From Candidatus Heimdallarchaeota archaeon (GTDB taxonomy: Archaea > Asgardarchaeota > Heimdallarchaeia > Heimdallarchaeales > Kariarchaeaceae), in NCBI GenBank assembly GCA_015523565.1, contig WAKA01000172.1, forward strand, positions 1 through 11,270: a stretch of 11,270 bases of DNA, written 5' to 3'. The stretch's first letter is position 1; the number at the start of each line of letters is the position of its first letter. The translations under genes and the position numbers were made by a program. A model generated the notes under the pieces. The model ran no database searches. It had not been told where the DNA came from and saw only the letters and a list, made by a program, of their open reading frames with translations. Shown one piece after another: positions 1 to 8,509 of this stretch.

Positions 1-6
1 ACTTAG

Positions 7-2790
7 ATGCGAATTGGAAAGTTTGAGAATTTTTTTATGGTCAGAACAGTTTACAAAAAAACTACAAGCCAATCTGCCACTATCATAATTGTAGGAATGA
101 TTTTTCTTATTATCACACCATATGTTGTAACTATACAATTTGAAAATGAGAAAATGAGGGAAAACTTGCAAGCAAATCCCCTTTATATCGCAACAAGTGC
201 ATACAATCAAACATTTGGAGCAAATGATTCTCAAATCATATCTGAATTTTCATCAGTCACGAAAATTTTTGAAAAATACGGGCAAAACACAATTGAGGAA
301 AAAATGATGTTCTTTTCAAACCATGCCTTACAGTTTAATGACCTAAACCAATCTTACATGATAATTCTCACACCAAAACTACACGTCTCATCAAACAAAA
401 TCCCGGGATTTTATTCAAATGCATATGAAGAAAAAGTATTAATTGAAAAGATACAAACAAAATTCAACACGTCAATACCATTTGATTTGCAACCATTGGA
501 TTCAAGTAGCCAAAAGTCTATCGAGAATGTAGGACATTGGTTCTATAAGGGAGACAATATCATTGGCAATCTCACGGGAAATTTTGTTAAAGCAAGGGAA
601 AAACCAAGAATGGAAAGGTCAGTCATTTCGTACAAATTTGTGGTTTTGCCTTGGGAACTAATTGATACTATAGAAAAATTCCCAAAAATATCAAATTCAA
701 CATTTTTCATGTTTCAAGCTCATCTTTCAGATCAATTTCTTGGTCGGACATTAGATGAAACAATTAAAGAGGTGGATGGGATTGTAAAACAAATAAAAAG
801 GGATTTTACGTTGTTTAAAACCAATAGCCAGTCTGATTGGAGTTACATTGCATTCCCCCTGCAATATTCCCTTTATACCCTCAAGAAAGCAAACACAATA
901 ACTTCTGCATTTAATGCATATATAAAATTTATTTCAATGTTGATTTTGCTTTACATAGTGACATTTTTGTATTTCACTAGAGAAATATCCGCATTCAACA
1001 AAGCCGTGGGAAAAGTTCATTTAAGAGGGATGTCATCTAGAAAGATAAGAACATGGGGGTTTCTTTCATTTGCCATTAGAGTTTTCAAGACGATGTTACT
1101 TTTTGCAGGGGGTCTTGTTTTCATGTATTTCGGATATCATCTTAAGATCAGGTTTTTTCCTTATTTTTCATTGACTTCACTTAAAAATGTCATAGGAGAA
1201 ATAATGGTTTTTTATATTTCGATATTGATTTTATGGGAAATAGCATCAGGCATTCAAAAATCGAGGTTCTCTAGACATTCCAAAAGAAAAAAGAAGAGGA
1301 AAAATCAAAAAAAGGATTCTTTCTTTGAAAAGGTACTCTTGAAATGGAAATGGAATAATTTCCTTTTGATTACAGCAGTGATTGTCATTTTACTGCCCAT
1401 ATTGATTGTTGCATTTCCAGTTCAAAAATTGGAAGGTAGTACGTTGTTAATTTTGATCGGGAGTTTGATTCCATTAGGATATGTTGGAATATTACAAAGG
1501 TCAGAAAAACTGACATTGAGATATATAAGACCCTATCAAAGCATTCGTCAGAAATTACAAAAAAAGAAGTTTATGAGACAATTGAAAATACACCTTGTTA
1601 TCATACTGACCATCATTATGTTAGCGCAGCCCACACCCTCTTACGATTTTGACAAAAGAAAGCTAATGCCTGGGGATGTTATTTTCTCACAGATTAGCGT
1701 AGACGTAGAGGGAGAAAAGGGATATTTCAATTATTCAGAGATAATGGCATTACAGAGAAACACCAAAGTCAAGACAATCCTCCCTATCATGTATATCAAA
1801 AGTGCAGTTGAAACAGTTAAAAATCCCTTTGCAAGTGAGATTGTGCCTACATTTGTCATAGATTTCAAAATATTCAGGGAATTAAGTTCGTCATTTAACT
1901 GGAGGTCATATCAACCGTTCCAAATCGAGGAAATATGGAGGAAAAGTGAAAATACAACAAATGGAGTCATAGTCACGGGTTCTTTTGCAAGCCAATATGG
2001 TATCGCATTGGGTGATGTCATAAATTTGGATACGTTATTTTCAATACGTCTTAAACCCCTGCTTCAACAAAAATTTTCAGTAAAAGTCATTGGAATTGTA
2101 TCAGAAATTAAACTTGCAGGATACAACATCTATACGTCATCCCAGATTTATTTTCCATATGCTTTATTTCAGGAAAAATTGCCATACGGGCAAAACATGA
2201 CAAATGGTTTTGCATTAAAATTCACAGATGGTATTGATAATGCAGAAAAAGCAGCCAGTGTAATCAAGGAGCTTGAAAATCAGATTGCAGAATCATTTGA
2301 ATTTGACAAAGCATCATTGTTTACAACTGCCTCATTTGATCCGAAGAGAACAATCGAGATTGAAAACAAATGGGGATTTTCATCAAATGAGTTAATCTAT
2401 ATGACATCGGTTGTAAGATTGAATAATTTTTTCAATCACCTGATACTATTTGGAATTGTCCTGCCCACCATTTTTGTTTCGGAAACGGATATTAACAGAA
2501 TAACATTGCAACTATTGAATTTACGTGGTTTAAAGAAAAAAGAGTTCATCGATAAGTACATCAAAACTACACGAACGTGGATAATAATGTCAGGGATTGG
2601 ACTGCTTTTCCTTTATGCGGCAATCAGAACAATGATGCTAATCAAGGAATATACATTCCTGCCACCATATCCATGGCTTTTTGAATTGAATTTATTAAAA
2701 AGTGCAGGGTGGATAGGTATATTTTTAGGAGTTTCCATTCTGGGTTTCCAAAGAAAAGTCAAATCATTTGGATGTGAAGAAAATGAGTAA
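7..2790 (+). CDS. FtsX/MacB-like ABC transporter permease (two-module membrane protein with two large extracytoplasmic domains)
   Basis: 927-aa ORF with the pattern TM, large soluble domain, TM bundle occurring twice. It has two FtsX-like cytoplasmic motifs (HLRGMS, NLRGLK) and overlaps the downstream LolD-type ATPase. The start could be the ATG at 37. Confidence 0.75.
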   Translation: MRIGKFENFFMVRTVYKKTTSQSATIIIVGMIFLIITPYVVTIQFENEKMRENLQANPLYIATSAYNQTFGANDSQIISEFSSVTKIFEKYGQNTIEEKMMFFSNHALQFNDLNQSYMIILTPKLHVSSNKIPGFYSNAYEEKVLIEKIQTKFNTSIPFDLQPLDSSSQKSIENVGHWFYKGDNIIGNLTGNFVKAREKPRMERSVISYKFVVLPWELIDTIEKFPKISNSTFFMFQAHLSDQFLGRTLDETIKEVDGIVKQIKRDFTLFKTNSQSDWSYIAFPLQYSLYTLKKANTITSAFNAYIKFISMLILLYIVTFLYFTREISAFNKAVGKVHLRGMSSRKIRTWGFLSFAIRVFKTMLLFAGGLVFMYFGYHLKIRFFPYFSLTSLKNVIGEIMVFYISILILWEIASGIQKSRFSRHSKRKKKRKNQKKDSFFEKVLLKWKWNNFLLITAVIVILLPILIVAFPVQKLEGSTLLILIGSLIPLGYVGILQRSEKLTLRYIRPYQSIRQKLQKKKFMRQLKIHLVIILTIIMLAQPTPSYDFDKRKLMPGDVIFSQISVDVEGEKGYFNYSEIMALQRNTKVKTILPIMYIKSAVETVKNPFASEIVPTFVIDFKIFRELSSSFNWRSYQPFQIEEIWRKSENTTNGVIVTGSFASQYGIALGDVINLDTLFSIRLKPLLQQKFSVKVIGIVSEIKLAGYNIYTSSQIYFPYALFQEKLPYGQNMTNGFALKFTDGIDNAEKAASVIKELENQIAESFEFDKASLFTTASFDPKRTIEIENKWGFSSNELIYMTSVVRLNNFFNHLILFGIVLPTIFVSETDINRITLQLLNLRGLKKKEFIDKYIKTTRTWIIMSGIGLLFLYAAIRTMMLIKEYTFLPPYPWLFELNLLKSAGWIGIFLGVSILGFQRKVKSFGCEENE

Positions 2791-3466
2791 AGGTTATATC
2801 AAGCTAGAAAAAGTGTATAAAGTGTTTGGCGGAAGAACAGATTCTGTTGCACTTTCAGACGTGTCCCTATCAATCGGGAAAGGAGAATTCGTCCTCTTGA
2901 CAGGACCAAACGGCAGCGGGAAGTCAACCCTCTTGAAATTGATTCTTGCAGAACATGTGCCGACAAGCGGCAGGGTCATTGTTGACAAAAAAATTGTCCA
3001 TGAAATGTCTGAACAAGAACTTTCAGAATATCGAATAAGGAAGGTCGGAATGATATTCCAAGATTTCGGACTGATTGATTTCATGACGGTCAGGCAAAAT
3101 CTGGAGATCCCGATGATCATAGCGAATACACCTAAGGAGGAAAGGCAACAGAAAGTTGAAGAAGTGGCTGAACGGCTGTCCATAACACATTTGCTGGATT
3201 CAAAAGTCTCCACACTCAGCGGAGGGGAAAAGCAACGGACATCAATTGGAACAGGGATAATCAATGACCCAGAAATCATCTTGGCAGATGAACCCACAGC
3301 GAACATTGACAGAGATGGAAGGAATGAAATATCCGAATTTTTCAAGGAGATGAAGGAAAGGGGGAAAACCATCCTTTTGGTGACACATGAAACAAACCTG
3401 TTCGATAAGTACGACAGATTCTTGAAGTTTGACAAGGGTTATCTCATCGATGAAAATGGTGGTTGA
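2783..3466 (+). CDS. ABC transporter ATP-binding protein, LolD/MacB/FtsE (MJ0796-like) family
   Basis: Walker A GPNGSGKST, Q-loop IFQDF, signature LSGGEKQR, Walker B IILADEPTANID, H-loop LVTH. The ATG at 2783 overlaps the upstream stop (ATGAGTAA) and is preferred over the TTG at 2768. Confidence 0.95.
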   Translation: MSKGYIKLEKVYKVFGGRTDSVALSDVSLSIGKGEFVLLTGPNGSGKSTLLKLILAEHVPTSGRVIVDKKIVHEMSEQELSEYRIRKVGMIFQDFGLIDFMTVRQNLEIPMIIANTPKEERQQKVEEVAERLSITHLLDSKVSTLSGGEKQRTSIGTGIINDPEIILADEPTANIDRDGRNEISEFFKEMKERGKTILLVTHETNLFDKYDRFLKFDKGYLIDENGG

Positions 3467-5714
3467 ATTGAAAAGAAACAGCCTGATTTTCCGTTCTGTC
3501 TTGACCAGCCAAATACGCAGGATTGCAAATCTGGGATTGTTATTCATTGCAATGTATCTGCTTCTTTTTGTTTTGATGGAGGGATATGTAGCTGAACGAA
3601 ACAGGCAATTCTACGAGAAGTTGGACGATACGCCACAGGTAATATTTGTCGGATCAACACAATATAGCACCGCATTGATGGATAAATTGGACAGCCTTCA
3701 AAATTCAGTTGGAAATATTGTATTGATTGCATTTTCCCTTAGAGTGCAAGGAGGAGCAATTTTATATTTACCACATCTTTCAAACCCTGCTGTCTCAAAA
3801 TGGTTTTTAGAAGGGAAGGGCACCTCACTTTTTGAGTGGACAGGAATTCCGACAAGAATAATTGATATCAAACCAATTAAAGACATGCCAAAAAATACAC
3901 AGAAGATAAAACCCAGCCTATCAATTTCAATGAAGTTTTCTAAGCAGGATTTGGATCAAAGCATGTTCAGCATCTCAAAAAATATACAGGGCAAAATCAA
4001 GTTGGTTGAAAGATTTCTGACTTCAAATAACATAAAGTATTGGGAAAAAAACCAAATCAAAGAAATGGAACAAGAATTCATGCCTCAAGAAATATACTTG
4101 AAAGAAATGATATTGGCAACCATAGCATTGTTCTTTCCAATCATCATATCTGTAATTTCCGTACAACTGAAAGAATTAAAGAAAAAAGTAGATCAAACCA
4201 TCGATGGACTTGCAAAACGAGGATTTCAGAAAAGTGGAATTACAGGGATTATGACATTGTATACAATAATATTCATGCTTATCATGACAACCATCCCTGC
4301 TGCATTGTTTTATTTTTATCATAGGAAAAGTCCACTTAGTCTCGAAGTGGAAATGCTACATTTTGCACTTGTCTCCATTCCAGTTGTGTTTCATTACTTC
4401 AATGAATCAGTTGCCCCATACCTGAAATATACAAAAAAATATGTTGTACTTTTTGTTTATTCAGCACTGCTTTTGACGATGTTCATGGAGATAGTTTTCT
4501 TGGGCTATCCGAAATATTCAACAATATTGATAATGCTATGCACATACCTACTACTTATAACAGTTCTGGACAGAATACTGTTCAAGCTGTCCATTAAAAT
4601 CATCAATAGCATTTCAAAGCCAAGTCATTTTTCATTCGTTTTTTCAACAATGACCATTGAGGCACTAAAGGCAAAAAAACTGAAAAACCATGTCCGAACT
4701 TTTTGGGCAAGCCTTTTGTTGGTTATGATAATTGCCCCATTGTTGATTGCCCCCTCATTCAAGTTTGATGGCAGTTGGGGGTCACTTACCTATCAGGTGT
4801 ATGGAACATACGATATGTTTGATGAATGGAAATCAAAGACAGAATTGGATCAGCAAGAAATCAGTGCATTAGGGATTGTGGACTTCAACATTGCAATAGA
4901 ACAAACAGCATTCGAAATGGGGATTTTCTTAAACCCAGAAAAAATAACACCAGGTTACAGGAATATCAAGGATAACAATGGACAAATCATTTCAATCGCC
5001 GCCAGCAAACGGTTCCTGTCTAAAACAGGATTGCTTGTTGGGGATGTGATCAAAATCAAGCTGGCAGACCAGACAATGGCTATTGAAATCAGCAAGACCT
5101 TTGATTTCATTTACCCCTTCTCTTTTGGGGAATTGCATCTTATAGACGTCTATACAACAGTATCAGAGTTGGAAAATGCCAAATTTCAAACAGGACAGTT
5201 GCCCTTGACATACATCGGATTCGCGAAAAGACCAAGCAACAAGGCAACAATCGAAAGAAACTTGTTTGAAACATTTGGGAACTATAAGGAGGTCAGTTTC
5301 CAGACAACAAAAAATACAAGCCCAATCTCATTTATTGCCGCATTCAAGAATGTTGATACAATAACATCAGTAATCATGTTCATTTTTGGGATAATCCTAG
5401 TTTCTATTTGGACAAGGATTTGGGAGAGCATTGAAAAAGAACAAAAATTCATTAGGTTAAGAGGGCAAAAATTATCAAGAAAGTTATTTGTAATGCCATA
5501 TTTTGCATTTTCACTAGGCTCAGTTATCGTAGCAAACATATTCCTCTTCTTTTTCATTGGAACGACCTCAACAAAAGATCAGATACGTTATATCTTTATG
5601 GTACCTCTTTCGTTTGCAACATGGTTTTTAAAATACAATATATTTATTTTGGGACTTTTTGTATCAGCATGGTTCCCAATTGCCTTGAAAACAGGAAACA
5701 CATATGTTTCTTGA
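3450..5714 (+). CDS. second FtsX/MacB-like ABC transporter permease
   Basis: About 755 aa with the same duplicated TM/extracytoplasmic layout. Motifs are LAKRGFQK and IRLRGQK, plus GLLVGDVIKI in the soluble domain (compare GIALGDVINL in permease 1). The start is the ATG at 3450 or 3456, overlapping the ATPase 3' end. Confidence 0.72.
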   Translation: MKMVVELKRNSLIFRSVLTSQIRRIANLGLLFIAMYLLLFVLMEGYVAERNRQFYEKLDDTPQVIFVGSTQYSTALMDKLDSLQNSVGNIVLIAFSLRVQGGAILYLPHLSNPAVSKWFLEGKGTSLFEWTGIPTRIIDIKPIKDMPKNTQKIKPSLSISMKFSKQDLDQSMFSISKNIQGKIKLVERFLTSNNIKYWEKNQIKEMEQEFMPQEIYLKEMILATIALFFPIIISVISVQLKELKKKVDQTIDGLAKRGFQKSGITGIMTLYTIIFMLIMTTIPAALFYFYHRKSPLSLEVEMLHFALVSIPVVFHYFNESVAPYLKYTKKYVVLFVYSALLLTMFMEIVFLGYPKYSTILIMLCTYLLLITVLDRILFKLSIKIINSISKPSHFSFVFSTMTIEALKAKKLKNHVRTFWASLLLVMIIAPLLIAPSFKFDGSWGSLTYQVYGTYDMFDEWKSKTELDQQEISALGIVDFNIAIEQTAFEMGIFLNPEKITPGYRNIKDNNGQIISIAASKRFLSKTGLLVGDVIKIKLADQTMAIEISKTFDFIYPFSFGELHLIDVYTTVSELENAKFQTGQLPLTYIGFAKRPSNKATIERNLFETFGNYKEVSFQTTKNTSPISFIAAFKNVDTITSVIMFIFGIILVSIWTRIWESIEKEQKFIRLRGQKLSRKLFVMPYFAFSLGSVIVANIFLFFFIGTTSTKDQIRYIFMVPLSFATWFLKYNIFILGLFVSAWFPIALKTGNTYVS

Positions 5715-5789
5715 AACAACAAAAATATGCATTATTTTATCCAGGGATTTAGAGTGGATATCCTCTTTCAACATGCACGATGCGGTTAG

Positions 5790-5800
5790 TTTTTTGTTTT
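5790..5800 (+). terminator. putative oligo-T terminator of the ABC operon
   Basis: TTTTTTGTTTT about 75 nt downstream of the permease stop. Archaeal terminators are oligo-T tracts. Confidence 0.3.
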
Positions 5801-5869
5801 ACCATGTCACAATGACATCAAATTAAAAAAACAATACACCACTTAAGGTTTCAAACCATTTCGATAAAT

Positions 5870-5877
5870 TTTAAATA
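5870..5877 (+). promoter_or_regulatory. putative archaeal TATA box
   Basis: TTTAAATA 23-30 nt upstream of the GTG at 5900, consistent with a leaderless or short-leader transcript. Confidence 0.45.
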
Positions 5878-5899
5878 TTTGTGACAGTAAATTATCACT

Positions 5900-6625
5900 G
5901 TGCTGAAAGGACTATATTTCGTAAGTGAATCCGGCAATCTCATCTCCTATGTCCTTTTGGATGAAAACGTCCCAACCGAGGAACACCTATTTTCCGCCTT
6001 TGTCACAGCTCTTGAAGGTTTTTCAAAAGAAACGCTGGGTTCACATTTCAAAGGCATGCGGTTTGAAAGGGAGAAAATAATCGTCCACTTCAATCGCGTC
6101 TATACAATAGGGATATTCACTGATGATGAATTGGACTCTGCTGCAAACAGAGTTCTTGCTCTTGCAAACGAACACTTCATTGAAATGTTTGGGAATGAAA
6201 TTGACAGCCATCATTTCATTGATGCATCACCACATATCATGCCAATTCTCGAAAAATCATCAACTGTCAAGGTATCGCCACGCAGAATTGGGCTATTTGT
6301 AGGATTAATGACCATCGCATGTCTTGTGATCCTCATGTTCCCCAAGCTCTTCCAATCTGAGGGGATACTTCTGGTATTGTTCCTATTATTGGGATTAGCG
6401 GGAGGATTCATGATTCCCCAAAGGTGGTGGGCCACCCTGCTCGCGTCAATTTTGGTTAACCCCCCAGCATTCCTACTGATCTACAATGGGTTTACATTCT
6501 TTTATGCCGATTATTTTGCTGTGTATTTCATTTTCATATTCGTCATGGTTTCCTTTATTTTGGATCGCAAAAAAATCAGCAAAACTCCAGTACCACACAT
6601 TCCATTCATTTCAAATATTTTTTAA
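5900..6625 (+). CDS. longin-like N-terminal domain fused to about 4 TM helices
   Basis: The N-terminal pattern GLYFVSESGNLI...LFSAFVTALEGFSKETLG..FKGMRF...IIVH..VYTIGIF followed by a helix resembles Asgard longin/roadblock-like domains (beta-beta-alpha-beta-beta-beta-alpha). The C-terminal ~110 aa contain four hydrophobic segments. Confidence 0.6.
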   Translation: MLKGLYFVSESGNLISYVLLDENVPTEEHLFSAFVTALEGFSKETLGSHFKGMRFEREKIIVHFNRVYTIGIFTDDELDSAANRVLALANEHFIEMFGNEIDSHHFIDASPHIMPILEKSSTVKVSPRRIGLFVGLMTIACLVILMFPKLFQSEGILLVLFLLLGLAGGFMIPQRWWATLLASILVNPPAFLLIYNGFTFFYADYFAVYFIFIFVMVSFILDRKKISKTPVPHIPFISNIF

Positions 6626-6684
6626 CCCATTTTACATTTGCAAAGACATACCAAACAAAAATCCCTCAAACTTGAAAGGAGGGG

Positions 6685-6727
6685 GTTACAAGAGTTTATA
6701 TTATTTACTGCATAATCTAGTGTAGGA
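6685..6727 (+). promoter_or_regulatory. promoter region copy 1 (purine-rich BRE-like ACAAGAG plus TATA TTTATATT at 6695-6702)
   Basis: 43 nt identical to 7506-7548, with the TATA-like box about 30 nt upstream of the ATG. Confidence 0.6.
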
Positions 6728-7345
6728 ATGAGTGTTACTCAAAGGGTCTCCCAACTTGAAAGCATAATGGCCCAACTTGCCTATGCCCAAATGAAAACTG
6801 AAATGGTCGTCCAGAACCTTGCAAACGAAATGAAAGAGTTCAAGGACGAGATGAAGGATTTCAAGAACAGTGTGAATGAATTCAATAGCAACATGAACAA
6901 AAAATGGGGCGAGCTCGCCAACAGAATGGGAACCATTGTTGCAGACCTGATCTATCCCAACCTTCCCCACCTGCTCCAAAAGACGTTTTCCTTGGAAGAG
7001 CCTCGGAATGTGGCAACGAACATCAAGAGGAAACTGAAGGAGAAAAACCTCCAAGGAGAGGTGGATATGATTGTTGAATTTGAGCAGATGGTGTTCATCA
7101 ACGAAACAAAATCTAGTCTCAATGCAGAATATATCGATAAGTTCAGATGGTTCATGGACGAAAAGTTTCACCTATTGTTCCCAGAATTCAACAACAAGAA
7201 GGTCGTCCCTGTCATGTCTTCATTGAATATTGACGAGAAACTCATCCCAAAGCTGACAGAATACAAAATCTTTGCTGTGCATGTGTTCGGGGACATCCTC
7301 ACCATCAAGAATTTGGATGAGGTCAGAGGAGAATACGGATTATAG
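6728..7345 (+). CDS. coiled-coil heptad repeat plus PD-(D/E)XK nuclease-like protein (DUF3782/DUF1626-like), paralog 1
   Basis: EMKEFKD/EMKDFKN heptads, then MNKKWGELANRMGTIV, then GEVD...FINETK (D...ExK motif). Confidence 0.7.
   Translation: MSVTQRVSQLESIMAQLAYAQMKTEMVVQNLANEMKEFKDEMKDFKNSVNEFNSNMNKKWGELANRMGTIVADLIYPNLPHLLQKTFSLEEPRNVATNIKRKLKEKNLQGEVDMIVEFEQMVFINETKSSLNAEYIDKFRWFMDEKFHLLFPEFNNKKVVPVMSSLNIDEKLIPKLTEYKIFAVHVFGDILTIKNLDEVRGEYGL
6827..6889 (+). repeat. three degenerate 21-nt heptad-coding units (two in paralog 2, 7648-7689)
   Basis: gaaatgaaagagttcaaggac / gagatgaaggatttcaagaac / agtgtgaatgaattcaatagc. Confidence 0.85.
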
Positions 7346-7505
7346 TTTATTTCAGCTAAAAAAAAGTTTGATCAACCACAAGAATATGCATGATCATAAT
7401 GTGAAGTAACCCTAGGATTGAAACCAGCCTCAGCAATACCAACCACCAATGAAAATATGAAAAAAATTTCTTAACTTTTTATAAATTAAATCTTGAAAAG
7501 AAGCT

Positions 7506-7548
7506 GTTACAAGAGTTTATATTATTTACTGCATAATCTAGTGTAGGA
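7506..7548 (+). promoter_or_regulatory. promoter region copy 2 (TATA at 7516-7523)
   Basis: Identical to 6685-6727. Confidence 0.6.
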
Positions 7549-8145
7549 ATGAGTGTTACTCAAAGGGTCTCCCAACTTGAAAGCATAATGGCCCAACTTG
7601 CCTATGCTCAAATGAAAACTGAAATGGTCGTCCAGAACCTTGCAAACGAAATGAAAGAGTTCAAGGACGAGATGAAGGATTTCAATAACAACATGAACAA
7701 AAAATGGGGCGAGCTCGCCAACAGAATGGGAACCATTGTTGCAGACCTGATCTATCCAAACCTTCCCCTCCTGCTCCAAAAGACCTTCCAGTTGGGAGAG
7801 CCGTTGAATGTGGCAAGAAATGTAAAAAGAAAGCTGAAGGAGAGGAATCTTCAAGGAGAGGTGGATATGATTGTCGAATTTGAGGAGTTGGTATTTATAA
7901 ATGAAACAAAATCAACCCTCAATATGGAACACATCATCAGATTCAGACAATTTATGGATGAAAGATTCCCCCTGTTATTCCCAGAATTCAACCACAAGAA
8001 GGTAATCCTAGTTATGTCATCATTGGATATTGACGAGAAACTCATCCCAACCCTGACTGAAAACAAGATTTTTGCGATCCACATCTTCGGCGACATCCTC
8101 ACCATCAAAAATTTGGATGAGGTAAGGGATGAGTACGGACTATAG
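7549..8145 (+). CDS. coiled-coil heptad repeat plus PD-(D/E)XK nuclease-like protein, paralog 2
   Basis: Same motifs as paralog 1, one heptad shorter, intact ORF. Confidence 0.7.
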   Translation: MSVTQRVSQLESIMAQLAYAQMKTEMVVQNLANEMKEFKDEMKDFNNNMNKKWGELANRMGTIVADLIYPNLPLLLQKTFQLGEPLNVARNVKRKLKERNLQGEVDMIVEFEELVFINETKSTLNMEHIIRFRQFMDERFPLLFPEFNHKKVILVMSSLDIDEKLIPTLTENKIFAIHIFGDILTIKNLDEVRDEYGL

Positions 8146-8462
8146 CTTTTGTAACAGTGAAATACATATTATGAACAACTTTCATTGATTGAGCAAAAGT
8201 ACTTCAGTTAAATGCATATTAGGTCATCCCCAATATAAATATCCAAGCGGAAAACAAGTTTCATACATTTCGTTTCCGAATAAACCATCCGAGAAATTAG
8301 ACGAATACGATTGACAAAAAATGAATAACTAAAGAGGACACCACTTCATTACCTTTCAAAGAGACCCTCTCGAAAAAATTGAGGAAAACCAAATATTGAA
8401 TCCTTTTAATAAAAATAATTGAGAAAAAACTGTGTGAAAGAATAAAACCATGGCGAGAAAAT

Positions 8463-8492
8463 TAAAACAAAAAATTACATGAAATGTAATTT
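8463..8492 (-). terminator. putative terminator of the subtilase gene
   Basis: Perfect 9-bp inverted repeat AAATTACAT-GAA-ATGTAATTT (8472-8492) 18 nt past the stop, running into a T-rich tract on the - strand. Confidence 0.5.
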
Positions 8493-8509
8493 GCAAATTT
8501 TGAGTCTAG

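Larger units (their letters stand above)
6685..8145 (+). repeat. tandem direct duplication (6685-7345 and 7506-8145)
   Basis: Direct alignment with an offset of 821 nt before a 21-nt indel. Weak similarity extends upstream to CTTGAAA at 6671 and 7492. Confidence 0.97.

Noticed and set aside
2794-3435. 213-aa antisense ORF and other short ORFs overlapping the main genes (for example 6701-7171 and 7522-7854)
   Set aside because: They lie opposite or inside well-supported genes and have no recognisable motifs.
7395-7424. GGATTGAAAC resembling a CRISPR repeat 3' end between the paralogs
   Set aside because: It is a single copy with no second repeat at spacer distance, so it is plausibly chance.
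6728-8145. Paralog pair as a diversity-generating retroelement TR/VR pair
   Set aside because: Mismatches are not adenine-specific, many are third-position C/T changes, both copies are full genes with promoters, and there is no reverse transcriptase in the window.
8146-8509. Small RNA or mobile element in the 364-nt convergent intergenic gap
   Set aside because: The gap is AT-rich with no tRNA-like fold, terminal inverted repeats or credible ORF. Only the terminator-like hairpin was seen.
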